From Octopus bimaculoides (Eukaryota): a stretch of DNA of 37,770 bases. The DNA is taken from assembly GCF_001194135.2 (NCBI RefSeq), contig NC_068998.1:12504345-12542114 (forward strand). The letters are read 5' to 3'. The notes under the pieces were generated by a model, which was not told the DNA's origin, did no database searches, and saw nothing but the letters and a program-made list of their open reading frames with translations. The translations under genes and the position numbers were made by a program. Within the stretch, counting starts at the first letter, position 1. Each line of letters starts with the position of its first letter. Positions 34,756 through 37,770 of the stretch are shown one piece after another.

Positions 34756-36156
34756 CTTGTCATTGTTCTTAGTGCTCTGGTTAGTGATTTTGTTGTTGTT
34801 TTCGTTGATGTCTTGCAGCGTCGTCGTCGTCGTGTTTTCCAAATGAATATGTTCTTTCGTTGAGCTGTCTAAAAGACTGTTTCTTGTATGCTTGTTATTG
34901 TTGTTGCTATTGTTGTGGCCGTTGCTAATACTGTCGCCGCTGCTGTTGCTATTCATGCTGCTGCTTCTTTCGAAACCATCATCTTCATTATCACCATCGA
35001 AAGAATCGTCGTTATGGCAGTTGGTAACTTTATCACACTGCATGAGGCAACAGTTATTCGATCCCAGGCCGACATCGTCTCTTTCCTCGTGTAACCTATC
35101 ACCGTCATCGACCCGGTAGAGACCGATTTCTTTGCTGCTGTCACTAAATCCCGATTCAGAACTTTCACCGTCTGAGTCCGATTTTTTTTGTTTACTAAGA
35201 AGAAAATCCATGTCATCCTGCTTTAGTCCATCAGTCTGGCATACATGGTCCGATGACACACTGATGTTGTCTGACTCGGGGTCAAGGGCCAGGGAGTCGA
35301 TTCCGTCACTCACGTCACTCTCTGTACAAAAGTCGTCATCAGCATCATTACCATCATCATCTTCATCATCTATGCTGTCGTTCATTCCACCAAGGCCTTC
35401 TTCTTCATCTTCCTCACACTCCACTTTCTTTAAATCATTTTTGGGATCCGCACATATATTACTCTTTGTCACTTGCTTTTCTTCTGTCTCTTCTTCCTCT
35501 TCTAGTGAATCAAATTCTTTTTTTCTCTCCTCTTCTTTCTCGTCTAGTTCAAAGATCGATCCCAGCTTGGGAGCTGAATTCATTTTACTCACAGGGGGTT
35601 TAAATTTCCCCCCTTGACTGAGCATTTGCTGCCGAAGGGGTAGAATGGAGCCGTTCGTTAACTCAGAATTCGTCTTTTCGAAGATGAGTCGGGAGTTGTG
35701 CTTGCGTCGCTTGTCACGCACGAACTCCTTCAGAGCAAATGAAAGTTTCTCATGCAGTTGAACATCAAGTAGCTTCGCTTTCGTTTCACTTTTACACAGC
35801 ACTGCATGGCACCGTAAATCCAGCTTCATTTTACGTCCTTCGTGTCGGTACACCCATAGAAACATCTTCGGGTACTGTGGGTGAGCAATGATATAAGAGA
35901 TCTTATGAGACCAATATTGCATAAGTCCTTGTTCTTTCGTGTATGCCTTAATGCCGCTTACTGACACAACAATTTTCATGTCGAGGGCTTGATGCGAACT
36001 TTGAAGGTAGTTATTCCATAAAATAGAAGCAGGTTTATCCACACACCCTTCTCCTTTCATCATACACGTGTGAATGTTACCTAGATAACGGACTTTGTAA
36101 GCTGGATCCTCTTCGCTAATATTTAAAGATTTTCTTCTCCAGCTGAAAAAACTCAT
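34498..36156 (-). CDS. FAM43A: FAM43A/B-like PTB/PID-domain protein, 552 aa, uninterrupted CDS with long acidic and low-complexity C-terminal half
   Basis: The N-terminal part (LNISEEDPAYKVRYLG..KGEGCVD..MKIVVSVSGI..KISY..PKMFLWVYRHEGRKMKLDLRCHAVL..ALKEF..KRRK..LPLRQQML..FKPPV..SAPKLGSI.E) matches, as I recall it, vertebrate FAM43A (LHITSEDPTYTVLYLG..VFAWVYRHE..LRCHAVL..LAEFKRLKRR..YKPPVERSRSAPKLGSITE). The ORF-track start at 36267 is TTG; the first in-frame ATG is 36156 (context AAG-ATG-A, MSFFSWRRK). The symbol denotes the family; an invertebrate gene would be co-orthologous to FAM43A and FAM43B. Confidence 0.9.
34708..34755 (-). repeat. Coding trinucleotide repeat (AAC)16 encoding poly-Asn in the FAM43-like protein
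   Basis: Perfect (GTT)16 on the + strand, in frame with the CDS. Confidence 0.95.
35701..36114 (-). other. PTB/PID (phosphotyrosine-interaction-like) domain region of the FAM43-like protein (approximate bounds)
   Basis: Typical PTB start Y.V.YLG followed by the ..V+..SGI.. strand, the ISY motif, F.W+YRHE and CHAV, then a C-terminal helix. Confidence 0.75.
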
Positions 36157-36772
36157 CTTCAGATTTTTGTTCAGTCGGGTAAAATAATAATCCTTTTTCC
36201 TTTTGTAGTATAGTAAGTAGGGTAACTTTCCTTGTGGTACCCTTAAAATATGAACAAAGTTATCCAAATATCATTATGTCATCTTTATATCAACCACAGC
36301 GAAAACTAATTTTACTGTTGACTGTCAGTACGTGTGTGTGTGCAATGTAAAAAGAATAAAAGAATTTTGTTTTTTAAATGTCTCGTTAAAAGTATTTTGT
36401 TTTGCCTTTTGTTTTCAGTCAAATCAGAAATAATAATAATAATTTTGATAATATTAATGAAATTGAAATAATAAATATGAGAAGAAATTGTAAGGATCGT
36501 GTAGTGTGATTTTTTTTGTTCCTCCTCTGACCGATGAAAACAAAAGACTTCGACGATGGCGATGTCGTCTGCTTGGTGGTACTGAAGCAACTGTGACTGA
36601 CACACTAAAGCACCCACCTATCTATCTACTTAACTAGGCCGTGCTGTTTGTTACAGGTGTCGCTTTACATTCAAATCACACACAATACACACACCCACAT
36701 CCATTACCACTCACACAAACACAAGCATGTTCGACCGTCTGACTGGCTGACTGTTGTTGAAGACGAGAACGA

Positions 36773-36859
36773 CAGCAGCAGCAGCAGCAGCAGTAGCAGA
36801 AGCAGAAGAAGAAGAAGAAAAAGAAGACGTAACAGCAGCGGTAGTGGTAGTAGTACGAG

Positions 36860-36891
<32 letters not shown>

Positions 36892-36895
36892 GTAA
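36773..36895. repeat. Compound trinucleotide array (GCA)n-(AGA)n-(GTA)n-(CTA)n upstream of the FAM43-like ATG
   Basis: Consecutive trinucleotide runs read directly from the sequence. Confidence 0.9.
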
Positions 36896-37077
36896 CTGGT
36901 GGTGGCGGCCGTCGGCGTTGTCGTAGGTGGCGATAGTGTTCAGGTGTGTAACCAACTCAGGTAGTTATCGGTGACAGTGGCAGGAATTGCTTTGTTGTAG
37001 GAGATAATTTTTCGTAGTGGAGAGACAGAAGTGTGGAGACAGGATCATCTATGCTCTAACGAAGTTATAGAAAAATT

Positions 37078-37119
<42 letters not shown>

Positions 37120-37500
37120 AAAAGCAAAGACAAAAGAAATTTAGATAAAAAAAAAATTATGAAGCAAGTAAACAAAGGATAAATATATATATGAGACGAT
37201 GTTAAGTAAAGGCGATAAAAATGAAATGAACAAACTATAAGAAGGTCTTGGACTTGTGTGTTAACAGGTTATGTTCAACGAAAAGGCTTTCGCTGTATAA
37301 ATAGTAATGATTTCTTTAGTGATAATAATTAATAGTCACAATCAGTTTGGTTTGTGCAGTTATAAAGGCTGTAGATAAAGCTAACCAGCTTGGAGTGAAT
37401 CAACAACAGGTGGTTAAAAAGGACGGTTAACTTGTTTAGCTGTGCCAAATGTGCATGGGAGTAGTTCCCATTCCGAGATTTACGTACATAGCTTAGTCTT

Positions 37501-37509
37501 CCTTACCTG
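37501..37509 (-). other. Candidate splice donor (CAG|GTAAGG) ending a putative non-coding 5' exon of the FAM43-like gene
   Basis: Near-consensus donor 1.35 kb upstream of the ATG, preceded on the minus strand by a pyrimidine-rich (CT)n region. A possible acceptor (pyrimidine tract, CTAAT, TAG) lies at 37056-37058. Confidence 0.35.
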
Positions 37510-37770
37510 GCTGTTGGTGGACAACAACAATTAGAGCAACAACAATGTCACATGACCACTATGCTTGACTACTATTGGTTGCTCTTCGGAGCATTCTTTC
37601 CGAGCATGGAAAGAGAAATAGAAGTCGGACAGAAGAAAACAAAAAGAAGAGAGAAAGAAAGTGAAAGAGGAAGGCGCAAGACAGGGGAGGGAGAGCGGGA
37701 GAGAAGGAGAACGACGCATGCAAGGCAGAAGAGTCAGAGAGAGGGAGAGAGAGAGAGAGAGAGAGAGAGA

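Noticed and set aside
34460-35617. Plus-strand ORFs 34460-34846, 34888-35119 and 35132-35617, and the minus alternate-frame ORF 34953-35216
   Set aside because: They are antisense or alternate-frame shadows of the low-complexity FAM43 tail.
36157-36267. N-terminal extension MDNFVHILR.. in the 589-aa ORF call
   Set aside because: It starts at TTG, is AT-rich and has no family similarity. Homology begins just after the ATG at 36156.
36704-36955. Poly-Ala, Val, Leu, Ser or Thr ORFs upstream of FAM43
   Set aside because: They are products of the compound trinucleotide array in several frames and have no family similarity.

Overview
Eukaryotic genomic DNA, AT-rich and dense in microsatellites, with about 14 N-gaps (roughly 5 kb), nearly all flanked by simple repeats. 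The tRNA-derived SINE families present look like those of octopus, so a coleoid cephalopod (probably Octopus) short-read assembly is inferred, not proven. There is one well-supported protein-coding gene: a FAM43A/B-like PTB/PID-domain gene on the minus strand. Its CDS is uninterrupted (ATG 36156 to TGA 34498, 552 aa; the ORF track's 36267 start is a TTG) and ends in a long acidic, poly-Asn and poly-Ser tail. The rest is intergenic or intronic. It holds about 20 SINE copies or fragments from several families, a decayed CR1-group LINE reverse-transcriptase fragment (31455-32410), a 221-bp internally deleted mariner with 22-bp perfect TIRs and TA TSDs (11854-12074), a second mariner transposase relic (17040-17437), and minisatellites. 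Almost all other ORFs in the track are microsatellite, N-gap or antisense-shadow artefacts. I found no CRISPR array, prokaryotic system or genuine RNA gene. The most interesting leads are: (1) a consensus splice donor 52 nt after the FAM43 stop, with the reading frame open up to it and a phase-compatible candidate terminal exon 30 kb away (speculative readthrough or 3'UTR-intron model); (2) a twin-hairpin module shared by SINEs with different tails; (3) a SINE bracketed by an inverted copy of its own head; (4) a homotypic TATYGATY cluster; (5) a repeat-spacer minisatellite.
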